Assembly: GCA_965223905.1 (NCBI GenBank)
Contig: CBDCXV010000009.1
Span: forward strand, 576,001 to 640,000
Source of the DNA: Candidatus Latescibacterota bacterium
Lineage (GTDB): Bacteria > Latescibacterota > UBA2968 > UBA8231
DNA: 64,000 nt
Direction: 5' to 3'
A model generated the notes under the pieces. The model was given only the letters and a program-made list of their open reading frames with translations, searched no databases and was not told the origin of the DNA. Both the position numbers and the translations under genes were made by a program. Below, piece by piece: positions 25,706 to 35,353 of the stretch. Position 1 is the stretch's first letter; each line of letters starts with the position of its first letter.

Positions 25706-26770
25706 GTGGGAACTCCGCGACAGACAGCAGAAGGCGCCCGTGCCGACCAATCATTCTCCAACGCGGCCAGCCTGTCCTACAGCCGTTTCGTCATCCGGCA
25801 GTTCGCCAGGAACCGGGTGGCGGTATGGGCATCATTCGGCATCGCCGCCCTGGCGCTGGTAGCGGTCGCCGCCGATCTGATTGCCGGAAACAAGCCGTAT
25901 TACATGAAGTACCGCGGAGAGACGTATTTCCCCGCCTTTCGCCAGTACGCCGTTCACGCCGGACTGATGGAATGGCCGCCGGAGCTGAGGCGCAGGCGCA
26001 ACCTGAAGAGGTTGAAGGTCGAAGCCGCCCTGTTTCCGCCGATTCCGTACGGCCCGGGGGAGATCCGGCTCGGGGAGAAATACCAGGAGCCGGGAACCGA
26101 GCACTGGCTCGGAACCGATCGTCTGGGGCGAGACGTGCTGTCCGGGTTGATTCACGGGTGCCGCTATGCCCTGGTCATCGGCCTGGTGTCCGTAGGCATC
26201 TCGTTGATCGTCGGGGTTGTGCTCGGCGCCTTGGCCGGGTACTTCGGGGGATGGCTCGATCTGCTGTTGTCCCGGTTCTTCGAACTCTGGGCGGCCATTC
26301 CGGCGATATTCCTGATCATTGCAGTCGCCGCCTTCTTCCCGCCCAACCTGTTCTTCATCATGGTCATCATCGGACTGATGAACTGGGTGCCGATCGCCCG
26401 CCTGACCCGCTCGCAGTTCCTACAGGTGCGCAGCTTCGACTACGTCGCCGCGGCGAGATCGCTGGGTTGCTCGAGCCGCCGCATCATGGTACGGCATATC
26501 CTGCCCAATGCGATCGCACCGGTCCTGATACCGGCCGCCTTCGGCATTGCGGGTGCCATCCTCGCCGAATCGGGGCTCAGTTTTCTCGGCATCGGGGTCC
26601 CGGCGGAGGCGATCACCTGGGGGTCCATTCTCGCCGGAGCCCGCAGCAATGCCTCCGCCTGGTGGCTGGTGGTGGTGCCGGGAATGGCGATTTTCGCGAC
26701 GGTGACGATGTACAACCTGCTAGGCGACGGCCTGCGGGACGCCCTCGATCCGAAGATGCGCGGGGACTGA
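25706..26770 (+). CDS. Peptide ABC transporter permease (OppC/DppC-like)
   Basis: HWLGTDRLGRD, DYVAAARSLG, RHILPN, ESGLSFLG, GDGLRDALDP. Confidence 0.92.
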   Translation: MGTPRQTAEGARADQSFSNAASLSYSRFVIRQFARNRVAVWASFGIAALALVAVAADLIAGNKPYYMKYRGETYFPAFRQYAVHAGLMEWPPELRRRRNLKRLKVEAALFPPIPYGPGEIRLGEKYQEPGTEHWLGTDRLGRDVLSGLIHGCRYALVIGLVSVGISLIVGVVLGALAGYFGGWLDLLLSRFFELWAAIPAIFLIIAVAAFFPPNLFFIMVIIGLMNWVPIARLTRSQFLQVRSFDYVAAARSLGCSSRRIMVRHILPNAIAPVLIPAAFGIAGAILAESGLSFLGIGVPAEAITWGSILAGARSNASAWWLVVVPGMAIFATVTMYNLLGDGLRDALDPKMRGD

Positions 26771-26863
26771 TTCCGGCAAAGGGGGCTGGCGGCGGCCGGT
26801 CCGGCCTGATATCCAGAATCTGTCCCGGATGCAGGTGGAAGATCCACCAGGGGTGGAAGCGGC

Positions 26864-28141
26864 CTACAGAAAGTCCGGGATGATCTCGTTTTCCAGCATC
26901 TGCTCGAGCGTCTGCCGCCGGCGCAGAAGATGCAGACCGCCGGATTTGTCGAGCAGGACCTCGGGAGCTTCCGGGAAGGAATTGTAGTTCTTGGCCGCCA
27001 TGCCGGAGCAGTAGGCGCCGCTGCCGCCGATGACGACGGCGTCGCCGATGTGGGCCTCGGTAAACGGACGCGGCTGCAGGCCCTCGGGATTTCCCGTTTC
27101 CGGGGTCAGGACATCGCCGCTTTCGCAGCAGTGGCCGACCACCAGGTACTGCGCGCGCGCCCTCGGCTCCTCCGAGGCCGGGACAACGGCGATCGGGTGC
27201 TGGGCTCCGTACATGCTGGGCCGCAGCACTTCCGTCATTCCGGAGTCGACCTTGATGAACGAGTACCCCTCCTTGCCGGTATTCACGACATCGACGACGG
27301 AGCAGACGATCGCCCCGGCGTTGGCTGTGAAATAGGTACCCGGCTCGATCTCGAGATGCAGCCGTCTGCCGGAATTGGCGGCAAAACGTCGGAACTCTTC
27401 CGCCACCGGCTCGCCGGCCACCGCCAGATCTGTGGAGACCTCGCCGGGGACGCGGCCCACCTTGAAGCCTCCGCCGAGGTTGACGGTGGCTACCTCGGGC
27501 AGCAGGGCGGCGATACCGAGGGTCATCCGGGCGCAGCGCTGCCAGACCTCAGGATCGCTGCCGGACCCGATGTGTGAGTGGAGCAGACTTATGCGCAGGC
27601 GGTGGTCGCGCTGCAGGGCCTCGACCTGGTCGAGGTGTGCGTGCCAGATGCCGAAACTGGCGGAAGGGCCGCCGACGTTGGTGCGGTTGCTGTTGCCCGA
27701 ACCGAGTCCCGGGTTGAAACGCACCCCGAGTTCGCCGCCGGGAAAGCGGCTCCCGAAACATGCGAGCTGGTGCAGGGAACAGGCGTTGAAGCGGATTCCC
27801 ATGGAGACCAAGTCATCGAAATCGTCGGGCAGTTGCTGCGCGGTCAGAAGAATCTGCTCAGGCTCCACGCCCGCCTCGAGAGCGCGGCGGACCTCCCATC
27901 CGCTGCTGGCGTCGATCTGCAGTCCGGCCCGGTTCAGCACCCGGATGACCCCGGCATTCGGGCAGGCTTTCATCGCGTAGCGCACCGTAAGGCCGAAAGC
28001 GTTGGGAAACTCGAGCGCCGCCCGGGCCTGGGATTCGAGGGCGTTCTGGTCGTAGACGAACACCGGGGTGCCGAAACGGCCGCGGATGTTGCGAACCTGC
28101 TCCTCATCGAGAAACGAACCGGTCGTCGGGGAACTGTTCAT
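26864..28141 (-). CDS. lysA: Diaminopimelate decarboxylase
   Basis: GTPVFVYD, YAMKA (PLP lysine), HSHIGS, NLGGG, EPG, CESGD, GAY. Confidence 0.92.
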   Translation of the reverse strand: MNSSPTTGSFLDEEQVRNIRGRFGTPVFVYDQNALESQARAALEFPNAFGLTVRYAMKACPNAGVIRVLNRAGLQIDASSGWEVRRALEAGVEPEQILLTAQQLPDDFDDLVSMGIRFNACSLHQLACFGSRFPGGELGVRFNPGLGSGNSNRTNVGGPSASFGIWHAHLDQVEALQRDHRLRISLLHSHIGSGSDPEVWQRCARMTLGIAALLPEVATVNLGGGFKVGRVPGEVSTDLAVAGEPVAEEFRRFAANSGRRLHLEIEPGTYFTANAGAIVCSVVDVVNTGKEGYSFIKVDSGMTEVLRPSMYGAQHPIAVVPASEEPRARAQYLVVGHCCESGDVLTPETGNPEGLQPRPFTEAHIGDAVVIGGSGAYCSGMAAKNYNSFPEAPEVLLDKSGGLHLLRRRQTLEQMLENEIIPDFL

Positions 28142-28229
28142 GAGTGTCGTATCTTACTATTTTTATTGAACGTTGGTTCCTTTTTGGGCATCGTTCGAGT
28201 ATCGTCCAGGGCTTCGACTCCGTCAAGAC

Positions 28230-30053
28230 ATGGCCGTCCACATTCTCGGGATTTCCGCCTTCTACCACGACAGCGCCGCATGCCTGGTGCGCGACGGCGA
28301 GATCATCGCCGCGGCCCAGGAAGAACGTTTTTCGCGGGTGAAGCACGACCCCGATTTCCCCTCGCAGGCGGTTCGCTACTGTCTCCGCGAAGGCGGGATC
28401 GGGGCGGCAGATCTCGAATGCGTCGGTTTTTACGACAAGCCGCTCCTGACCTTCGAGCGCCTGCTCGAAACCCATCTCAGCACGGCGCCGCTGGGCATCC
28501 GGCTGTTCTGGAAGTCGATGCAGGTGTGGCTCAAGAAGAAGCTCTGGATCCCGCAGCTGATTCAAAAGGAACTAGGCCGCGACGTTCCCGTCCTGTTCGG
28601 CTACCACCACGAGTCGCACGCGGCCAGCGCCTTCTATCCCTCCCCCTTTGACGAGGCCGCCATCATCACCCTCGACGGAGTGGGTGAGTGGACGACGACG
28701 AGCTACGGCTTCGGGCGCGGCGCCGAGGTGCACTCGCTGGCCGAGATGAACTTCCCGCATTCGCTGGGACTTCTCTACAGCGCCCTGACCTATTTCGCCG
28801 GCTTCAAGCCGAACTCGGGAGAGTACAAGCTCATGGGGTTGGCCCCCTACGGTGAGCCTAAGTACGCCGGGCGTCTCCTCGACCAGGTGATCGACCTCGC
28901 ACCCGACGGTTCGTTCCGCCTCGACATGAAGTTCTTCAACTTCCTGTCCGGCCTTACCATGACCTCGCCTGCGATGGCCGACCTCCTCGACGGTCCCCCC
29001 AGGCCCGCGGAGAGCCTGATCACCCAACGGGAAATGGATATCGCCCGCTCCTGCCAGGTGGTGACCGAGGAGGTGATGCTGCGAATGGCCCGGCAGGCGC
29101 ACGCCGAGACCGGCATGTCGAAGCTCTGTCTGGCGGGCGGTGTGGCATTGAATTGCGTCGGCAACGGTCGCATCCTGCGCGAGGGACCATTCGGCGACAT
29201 CTGGGTCCAGCCTGCCGCCGGGGATGCCGGGGGAGCGCTTGGCGTAGCACTGTCGATATGGCATCGCCACCTCGGCAACGGGCGCACCGCGGACGGCGCA
29301 CGCGATAGCATGAAGGGAGCCCACCTTGGCCCGGCTTACGGGGACGAGGAGATCGCCGACTATCTCGAACGCGTCGAGGCCCCGGCCCGGCGCCGGTCCG
29401 CGGAGGAGCTTTCTGCGGAGGTCGCCGAGCTCCTCGACGAAGGCATGGTGATCGGCTGGTTCTGCGGCCGCATGGAGTTCGGGCCACGGGCCCTCGGGGC
29501 CAGAAGCATCCTCGGGGATCCGCGCTCACCAAGCATGCAGTCCCGGATGAATCTCAAGATCAAGTACCGCGAGAGCTTTCGGCCCTTCGCTCCGAGCGTG
29601 CTGCGCGAGCACGTCGCCGACTACTTCGAACTCGATGCCGACTCACCCTACATGCTGATAGTCGCGCCGGTGCGGGAAGATCGGCGCCTCCCGATAACGG
29701 AAGAACAGCGCCAACTCTTCGGAATCGAGCGGCTGAAGGTCCCGCGTTCCGAGATCCCGGCAGTCACCCATGTCGACTACTCGGCGCGCATACAGACGGT
29801 GTCGCGCGAGGACAATCCCCCCTATTACGACCTCATCCGGGCTTTTTTCAGCCGTACAGGCTGCCCTCTGGTAGTAAACACTTCGTTCAATGTTCGCGGC
29901 GAGCCGATAGTCAATACCCCGGAAGAGGCCTACCGCTGTTTCATGCGCACCGAGATGGACTACCTGGTACTCGGCAGCTTCCTCATCGACAAGCGGGAGC
30001 AGCCGGCCTGGGAAGAGGAGCAGTCCTGGCAGCAGGAGTTCGCACCGGACTGA
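28230..30053 (+). CDS. O-carbamoyltransferase (NodU/CmcH/SxtI family)
   Basis: ILGISAFYHDSAA, EERFSR, HHESHA, DGVGE, GEYKLMGLA, EFGPRALG, NTSFN. Confidence 0.93.
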   Translation: MAVHILGISAFYHDSAACLVRDGEIIAAAQEERFSRVKHDPDFPSQAVRYCLREGGIGAADLECVGFYDKPLLTFERLLETHLSTAPLGIRLFWKSMQVWLKKKLWIPQLIQKELGRDVPVLFGYHHESHAASAFYPSPFDEAAIITLDGVGEWTTTSYGFGRGAEVHSLAEMNFPHSLGLLYSALTYFAGFKPNSGEYKLMGLAPYGEPKYAGRLLDQVIDLAPDGSFRLDMKFFNFLSGLTMTSPAMADLLDGPPRPAESLITQREMDIARSCQVVTEEVMLRMARQAHAETGMSKLCLAGGVALNCVGNGRILREGPFGDIWVQPAAGDAGGALGVALSIWHRHLGNGRTADGARDSMKGAHLGPAYGDEEIADYLERVEAPARRRSAEELSAEVAELLDEGMVIGWFCGRMEFGPRALGARSILGDPRSPSMQSRMNLKIKYRESFRPFAPSVLREHVADYFELDADSPYMLIVAPVREDRRLPITEEQRQLFGIERLKVPRSEIPAVTHVDYSARIQTVSREDNPPYYDLIRAFFSRTGCPLVVNTSFNVRGEPIVNTPEEAYRCFMRTEMDYLVLGSFLIDKREQPAWEEEQSWQQEFAPD

Positions 30054-30538
30054 TGCCGGCCACGAACGGGGGCCCAGCCGCGAAGGGGAAGCATTCCTTC
30101 TGGAGGATTCCGGCGCCTGCCCCGGGGCAGCTGCGCAGCTTTGGATTACTGATGGGGGCCGCCAGCGCCTGTGCAGGAGGGGGACTGTGGTTCCTTCAGT
30201 CACTGCCGGAGGCGCTGTGGGCCGGAGGCCTGGCCGTCTGGCTGCTGGCATGCGCCCTGTTCTGGCAAGGGCCGCTACGGCCTCTCTACCTCGTCTGGAT
30301 GACGCTGGCAAAAGTCCTGGGGTTCGTCAACTCCCACCTGCTTCTTGCCCTGGTTTTCTACTCGATTTTCACCGCGATCGGGCTGATCATGCGCCTGGTG
30401 CGCTACGATCCCCTGCAGAAAGCCGGTTCCGAGGAGATGGAGCATGGCCCGATCGACAGCGGCGAAGGCGAGAGGTCCTACTGGTTGAAGCGGGAGAATC
30501 CACTGCACTCCCGCGACCATTTCCAGCGTCAGTTCTGA
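30053..30538 (+). CDS. SxtJ-family membrane protein
   Basis: LRSFGL, PLYLVWM, LG.VNS, FY..FT.IGL.MR, DPL, SYW, C-terminal QF. Coupled to the carbamoyltransferase. Confidence 0.8.
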   Translation: MPATNGGPAAKGKHSFWRIPAPAPGQLRSFGLLMGAASACAGGGLWFLQSLPEALWAGGLAVWLLACALFWQGPLRPLYLVWMTLAKVLGFVNSHLLLALVFYSIFTAIGLIMRLVRYDPLQKAGSEEMEHGPIDSGEGERSYWLKRENPLHSRDHFQRQF

Positions 30539-30616
30539 ACGCGCGAGCAGTCGTAACTGTTTCTCCAGCTTGGCTCTACGCGGGCATTGGAGGGCTGCGC
30601 GCCACCCTCGACGCTG

Positions 30617-30645
30617 TTGAAACCATGCGCCGGTCCGATTATATT
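30617..30645 (+). promoter_or_regulatory. Putative sigma70 promoter for the tadA-tRNA-ffs unit
   Basis: TTGAAA, 17-nt spacer, TATATT in an otherwise GC-rich context. Confidence 0.6.
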
Positions 30646-30715
30646 AACTCCCCTTTGGAAGCCTTCTTCCCCAGCCCCCTCAGCGGCTGTACCAGGGCAA
30701 GGGGGCAGTCGAACG

Positions 30716-31195
30716 ATGACGTCGGAAGCAGCTGATAAGGACGGGCTCGATCGGCATTGGATGAGGGAGGCCGTCGAGTTGGCCGAGAGGGCGGCGGGTG
30801 CTGCGGAAGTTCCGGTCGGAGCCGTGCTCGTCAGCGGCGACAGGATAATCGGGCGGGGCTCCAACCGCGTAGAATCGACTCGCGATCCGACGGCACATGC
30901 CGAGATGATCGCAATCCGCCAGGCGGTTTCCGCCGTCGGTTCTCGACACCTTGACGATACTGTGTTGTATGTAACCCTGGAGCCCTGCGCCATGTGTGCC
31001 GGGGCTCTGGTCCTGGCACGCGTGTCGCGGCTGGTTTTCGGAGTTTGCGACCCGAAAGCCGGCGCCTGTGGAAGTGTCAGGGATGTCGTCCGGGATCCCC
31101 GCATGAACCACACATGCGAGGTGCGCGGGGGCGTGTTGCAGGCGGAATGCAGCGCCATTCTCAGGTGCTTTTTCCGGCAGCTGAGGAAGGGGTGA
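30716..31195 (+). CDS. tadA: tRNA adenosine(34) deaminase
   Basis: EVPVGAV, AHAE, TLEPCAMCAGA, DPKAGA, NH, FF. Confidence 0.93.
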   Translation: MTSEAADKDGLDRHWMREAVELAERAAGAAEVPVGAVLVSGDRIIGRGSNRVESTRDPTAHAEMIAIRQAVSAVGSRHLDDTVLYVTLEPCAMCAGALVLARVSRLVFGVCDPKAGACGSVRDVVRDPRMNHTCEVRGGVLQAECSAILRCFFRQLRKG

Positions 31196-31212
31196 AGGCA
31201 GGGATTGATTTT

Positions 31213-31299
31213 GGAGAGGTGCCTGAGTGGACGAAAGGGGCGGTCTCGAAAACCGTTGTGGCCGTCAGGTCACCGTGGGTTCGAATCCCACCCTCTCCG
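31213..31299 (+). tRNA. tRNA-Ser(CGA), CCA not encoded
   Basis: GGAGAGG/CCTCTCC acceptor stem, G discriminator, anticodon loop CT-CGA-AA, long variable arm, GTTCGAATC. Confidence 0.94.
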
Positions 31300-31374
31300 G
31301 AGATTGTATCAAACAGAGTACCGGCTGTCGCCCGACAGCGGCAGGCAGTCGGGTCGTCGTCAAGCCGAAGCGTC

Positions 31375-31465
<91 letters not shown>

Positions 31466-31481
31466 GCATGGAGGGGTGCGT

Positions 31482-31557
31482 GGGGCAGTAGCTCAGTAGG
31501 GAGAGCGCCAGGTTCGCAATCTGGAGGTCGTGGGTTCGATTCCCATCTGCTCCACCA
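31482..31557 (+). tRNA. tRNA-Ala(CGC)
   Basis: GGGGCAG/CTGCTCC with G3-U70, anticodon loop TT-CGC-AA, ACCA end, 76 nt. Confidence 0.95.
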
Positions 31558-31623
31558 ATTTCTTTGCCGCATTCCGTATTTCGTCCCGCCCGTTTCTCGT
31601 CTGTCGGCGGGGCATTGAGCATC

Positions 31624-31896
31624 AGGTCGTGCTAGATGGGGAGTTAGCGGTGCCCTGTGACCCGCAATCCGCTACAGCGGGATCGAAGTCCCATCCGAGG
31701 CCCCAGCGTCTCACAATCGTCCGATGAGAAGTGGCGTCGAAAGCCAGATTCCGCGCAACGGAAGGTTTCCAAACTCCGTCAGGACCGGAAGGTAGCAGCG
31801 GTAGGAACGCCATTGCGTGTGCCGCGGAGCCGTCTGGCTGGAGCCAACTGGCATCGGCCGAAACGGAGGCCGGGTTCGAAGATGGGTGCACGACCT
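31624..31896 (+). ncRNA. ffs: Large bacterial SRP RNA (Alu plus S domain)
   Basis: Terminal helix AGGTCGTGC/GCACGACCT followed by a T-run. The 5' part GTGCTAGATGGGGAGTTAGCGGTGCCCTGT...GCAATCCGCT resembles the Bacillus scRNA Alu domain. S-domain CAGGACCGGAAGGTAGCAG. Located between tadA and dnaX. Confidence 0.9.
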
Positions 31897-31925
31897 TTTT
31901 TTAACCCGAAGAATCGCGACCCGAA

Positions 31926-33554
31926 ATGACGTACCAGGTTACCGCCCGGAAATGGCGGCCCCAGACCTTTGCCGAGGTGGTCGGCCAAGAGCACATCACG
32001 GCGACGCTGACCAATGCCCTCGACACCGGGCGGATCGCCCACTGCTACCTGTTTTGCGGTCCTCGCGGGGTCGGCAAGACCACCACGGCCCGGATTCTCG
32101 CCAAGGCACTCAACTGCGGCAACCGCCGCGGAGCCGATCCCTGCCAGGAGTGCCCTGCCTGCATCAGCATCACCGACGGAACCAGCATGGACGTGCTGGA
32201 GATCGACGGGGCCTCCAACAACAGCGTCGACGATGTCCGCGAGTTACGCGAGATCGTCCGCTACGTTCCCACCGCCGGCTCACACAAGATCTACATCATC
32301 GACGAAGTACACATGCTGTCCACGGCGGCCTTCAACGCCCTCCTGAAGACACTCGAAGAGCCCCCGAAGCGGGTCGTGTTCGTCTTCGCGACCACCGAGG
32401 TTCAGGATGTGCCCGACACGATTATTTCCCGTTGCCAGCGTTTCAATTTCCGCCGCATTCCAGCCGGGCGCATAGCAGAGCACCTGCGGATGATCGCCGA
32501 GGCAGACGGCATCTCCGCGGATCAGGAAGCCCTCTACCTGCTGGCCCAACGCGCCGACGGGGCGCTCCGGGACGCCGAGAGCCTTATGGATCAAGTCGCC
32601 TCGTTCGAACGCAACAGCGTGACCCCGGGGGGCGTCAGGCAGGTACTGGGGCTGGTCGACCGCAGTGCCTATTTCGAACTCTCCGACGCCGTAGTCAACG
32701 GCGACGGCGGTCGCGTTCTCGACGCGATAGCGACGGCAGCGGAGGAGGGGACCGATCTCGAGGAGTTCATCAAGGGATTCAGCGAACACGTCGGGCAATG
32801 GCTGTCGATTCGGGTGCAAGGCAGCGCGGACAGGCTCGAGATCGCCGATGTCGAGAAGGCCCGCTTCGAGCAGCTCGCTCCTCGTCTCCCGGAAGAGGAC
32901 ATTCTGCGCATCCTCAAGGCGCTGCTGGACCTCGAGGCGGAACTTCGGCGTTCGGTCCAACCTCGCTTTCGAGTCGAAATGACGCTGGTCCGCTTGTCCC
33001 GCATGGGCCGCAGCATGGAAGTCGGAGAGTTGCTGCGCAAGGTTCGGGATATGGCCGGAGACGAGGGCCGGCCAGCTGCAACCGGGATGAACCGGACCGC
33101 CGAGGCCTCGAGGGATGAGACACAGCCCAGGCGCCAGGTCCCTCCGGAAGCGGCTGAGGCCGCGCCTGAGTCAGGAGGGACAGCGGAAGCCGCGGTCGAA
33201 GCCCCGGCGCCGAGCCTGGAGGCGATCCGCGCCTGCTGGGTCCAGGTTGTAGCCAGTCTCAAGCAGGAACAGCCCGGCACGGCCACCTCCCTTGCGGAGG
33301 CGCGGCTGGACAGGCTCGAAGGCTCGACCCTGCAGCTGCTGTTTCCCCCTGAAGCCGGCTTCCAGAAAGGCCGGGTCGACAAGAACCGCGCTGCGGTGGA
33401 GAAAGCTTTGTCGGCGAAGACAGGACAGCCTCTGCGCATTCGCTGCGAGTTGGGCGAGCAACCGGAAGCGGCTGTCGAGAAAGCCGAAGAAACTCCGGCG
33501 GATCACCCGAAGATACGCGCGGTCCTCGACGCTTTCGACGGGGAGTTGGTGTAG
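31926..33554 (+). CDS. dnaX: DNA polymerase III subunit gamma/tau
   Basis: ARKWRPQTF, GPRGVGKTT, EIDGASN, IIDEVHML, SRCQ. Confidence 0.96.
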   Translation: MTYQVTARKWRPQTFAEVVGQEHITATLTNALDTGRIAHCYLFCGPRGVGKTTTARILAKALNCGNRRGADPCQECPACISITDGTSMDVLEIDGASNNSVDDVRELREIVRYVPTAGSHKIYIIDEVHMLSTAAFNALLKTLEEPPKRVVFVFATTEVQDVPDTIISRCQRFNFRRIPAGRIAEHLRMIAEADGISADQEALYLLAQRADGALRDAESLMDQVASFERNSVTPGGVRQVLGLVDRSAYFELSDAVVNGDGGRVLDAIATAAEEGTDLEEFIKGFSEHVGQWLSIRVQGSADRLEIADVEKARFEQLAPRLPEEDILRILKALLDLEAELRRSVQPRFRVEMTLVRLSRMGRSMEVGELLRKVRDMAGDEGRPAATGMNRTAEASRDETQPRRQVPPEAAEAAPESGGTAEAAVEAPAPSLEAIRACWVQVVASLKQEQPGTATSLAEARLDRLEGSTLQLLFPPEAGFQKGRVDKNRAAVEKALSAKTGQPLRIRCELGEQPEAAVEKAEETPADHPKIRAVLDAFDGELV

Positions 33555-33568
33555 GGTCTGGAGACGGT

Positions 33569-34165
33569 ATGGGACCTGAGGCATTGGAAGAGATGATTTC
33601 GGCATTCGCCCGTCTTCCCGGGATAGGACGCAAGACCGCTCAGCGGCTGGCCTTTCATCTCATCAAGAGGCCGCCGCGGGAGGCGGAGACCCTGGCGACG
33701 GCAATCGTCAACGGGCGCAGCGGCATTCAGTACTGCGAAAAATGCTATAATTTCACTGACAAAGGGGAGATCGCCTGCGCGATCTGCCGGGATGGGACCC
33801 GCGACCCGGGGATCATCTGCGTAGTCGAGGAGGCGAGTCATGTGCTCGTCCTGGAGCGCAGCCGCCTGTTCACCGGTATATATCACGTTCTCGGAGGGGC
33901 CCTGTCGCCGCTCGACGGCATCGGGCCGGGTGATTTGCGCATCGACGAACTGGTGTCCCGGGTAAGCACGCAGCAGGTAACGGAGGTGATTCTCGCCAAC
34001 AATGCCAGCGCCGAGGGGGAGGCGACGGCAGAGTACATCCAGCGCAAGCTCGGGCAGCTCACCGTGGTCTCCAGGCTGGCGCGCGGGTTGCCGGTCGGGT
34101 CGGATCTGGATCTCGCCGACAAGGTCACGCTGGCACACGCCCTTCAGGGGCGGCGCACCTTCTGA
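33569..34165 (+). CDS. recR: Recombination mediator RecR
   Basis: LPGIGRKTAQRLA, C4 zinc finger, ICVVE, YHVLGG, EGEATA, LARGLPVG. Confidence 0.95.
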   Translation: MGPEALEEMISAFARLPGIGRKTAQRLAFHLIKRPPREAETLATAIVNGRSGIQYCEKCYNFTDKGEIACAICRDGTRDPGIICVVEEASHVLVLERSRLFTGIYHVLGGALSPLDGIGPGDLRIDELVSRVSTQQVTEVILANNASAEGEATAEYIQRKLGQLTVVSRLARGLPVGSDLDLADKVTLAHALQGRRTF

Positions 34166-34198
34166 CTGAAATCCGTGCCATCGCGGACAGATTTGCTC

Positions 34199-34798
34199 AT
34201 GGCAATTCGAGAGATTGCAAACGTCCCGAACCTGCTGACGATCTCCAGGATCTTCCTGACGCCGCTGTTCCTGGCGATGCTGTTTGCGGACACCTGGTAC
34301 TGGCGAAGCATGGCCTGCGTCGTGTTCGCTCTGGCCTCGGTCACGGATTTCTACGACGGCCGCATGGCGAGGTCCAACAACCGGGTGACCGATTTCGGCC
34401 GCTTCATGGATCCACTGGCTGACAAGATCCTGGTTACGTCGGCACTGATCGCCCTGGTGCTGGGCCGCATCGTTCACTACTGGCTCGTTCTTCCGATTGT
34501 AGTGCGAGACATCATCATCACGGGGATGCGCCTCTACGGGGTCTACCACGGGCGTCAGATGGAGACCTCCAGGCTGGCCAAGTGGAAGACCTTCGCGCAA
34601 CTGCTGGCTGTCGTCATCATCCTGTTCGCGATCGGCCTTCAGGAAGTCTTCGGCCGCTTCGAGTGGGACCACCTGCTGCCGCTCGAGGAATCGCTGGTCC
34701 CCACCCTGTCGAACGGCCTGATGGCAGCGGTTCTCCTGCTTACGCTGGCCTCCGGCTTTCACTATTTTATCAGAATTGGGTACTCGGTTCGCTCTTGA
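34199..34798 (+). CDS. pgsA: CDP-diacylglycerol--glycerol-3-phosphate 3-phosphatidyltransferase
   Basis: PNLLT.SR and the CDP-alcohol phosphotransferase motif DFYDGRMAR...G.FMDPLADK. Confidence 0.9.
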   Translation: MAIREIANVPNLLTISRIFLTPLFLAMLFADTWYWRSMACVVFALASVTDFYDGRMARSNNRVTDFGRFMDPLADKILVTSALIALVLGRIVHYWLVLPIVVRDIIITGMRLYGVYHGRQMETSRLAKWKTFAQLLAVVIILFAIGLQEVFGRFEWDHLLPLEESLVPTLSNGLMAAVLLLTLASGFHYFIRIGYSVRS

Positions 34799-35343
34799 GA
34801 CGCGGCGAGTCCAGTCCCCGGACGAGACCAGGTCGCGGTCTCGTCCGAGCGATTGCCACCCTTCTCTACTCCGGCCATGCGCCGGTCGCTCCGGGAACCG
34901 CTGGGAGCGCGGTGACGGCGGTCGGCTACTACTTCCTCTGTCCTTCCCTGACGGCCGTACAATGGATACTCCTCCTGGTGGGGAGCTTGGCGGTGGCGGT
35001 ATACACCGCCGGCGTCATGGCCCGCGACTGGGGACCGGACCCCGGCCCGGTGGTCATCGACGAGTTCGTCGGCTATCTCGTCTCCGTGGCGTTCCTGCCG
35101 CACAGCATCTGGATCGCGGTCGCGGGATTCTTCCTCTTCAGGGCTCTTGATATAGTAAAACCTCCCCCGGCACGCCGTCTAGAGCGGCTGCCCGGAGGCT
35201 GGGGGATCGTGCTGGACGACGTGGCGGCCGGGGTCTACTGCCAGTTGATCCTGTGGGCCGCAGTCATCGCCGGCGGCTGGCCCGAAGCACCGGAGATCGT
35301 CCAGGAAGCGGGGCACGCGTTATTGGAAACGCTTGGGGAATGA
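34795..35343 (+). CDS. pgpA: Phosphatidylglycerophosphatase A
   Basis: [42 protein letters not shown] start overlapping the pgsA stop is inferred. Confidence 0.9.
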   Translation: MRRGESSPRTRPGRGLVRAIATLLYSGHAPVAPGTAGSAVTAVGYYFLCPSLTAVQWILLLVGSLAVAVYTAGVMARDWGPDPGPVVIDEFVGYLVSVAFLPHSIWIAVAGFFLFRALDIVKPPPARRLERLPGGWGIVLDDVAAGVYCQLILWAAVIAGGWPEAPEIVQEAGHALLETLGE

Positions 35344-35353
35344 CGTTCGAGCC

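Noticed and set aside
28230-30538. Saxitoxin biosynthesis cluster
   Set aside because: Only SxtI/J-like genes are present, and these are widespread. There is no sxtA, sxtG or other pathway gene.
31926-33554. dnaX programmed -1 frameshift producing gamma
   Set aside because: No A-AAA-AAG heptamer or long A run is seen in the gene.
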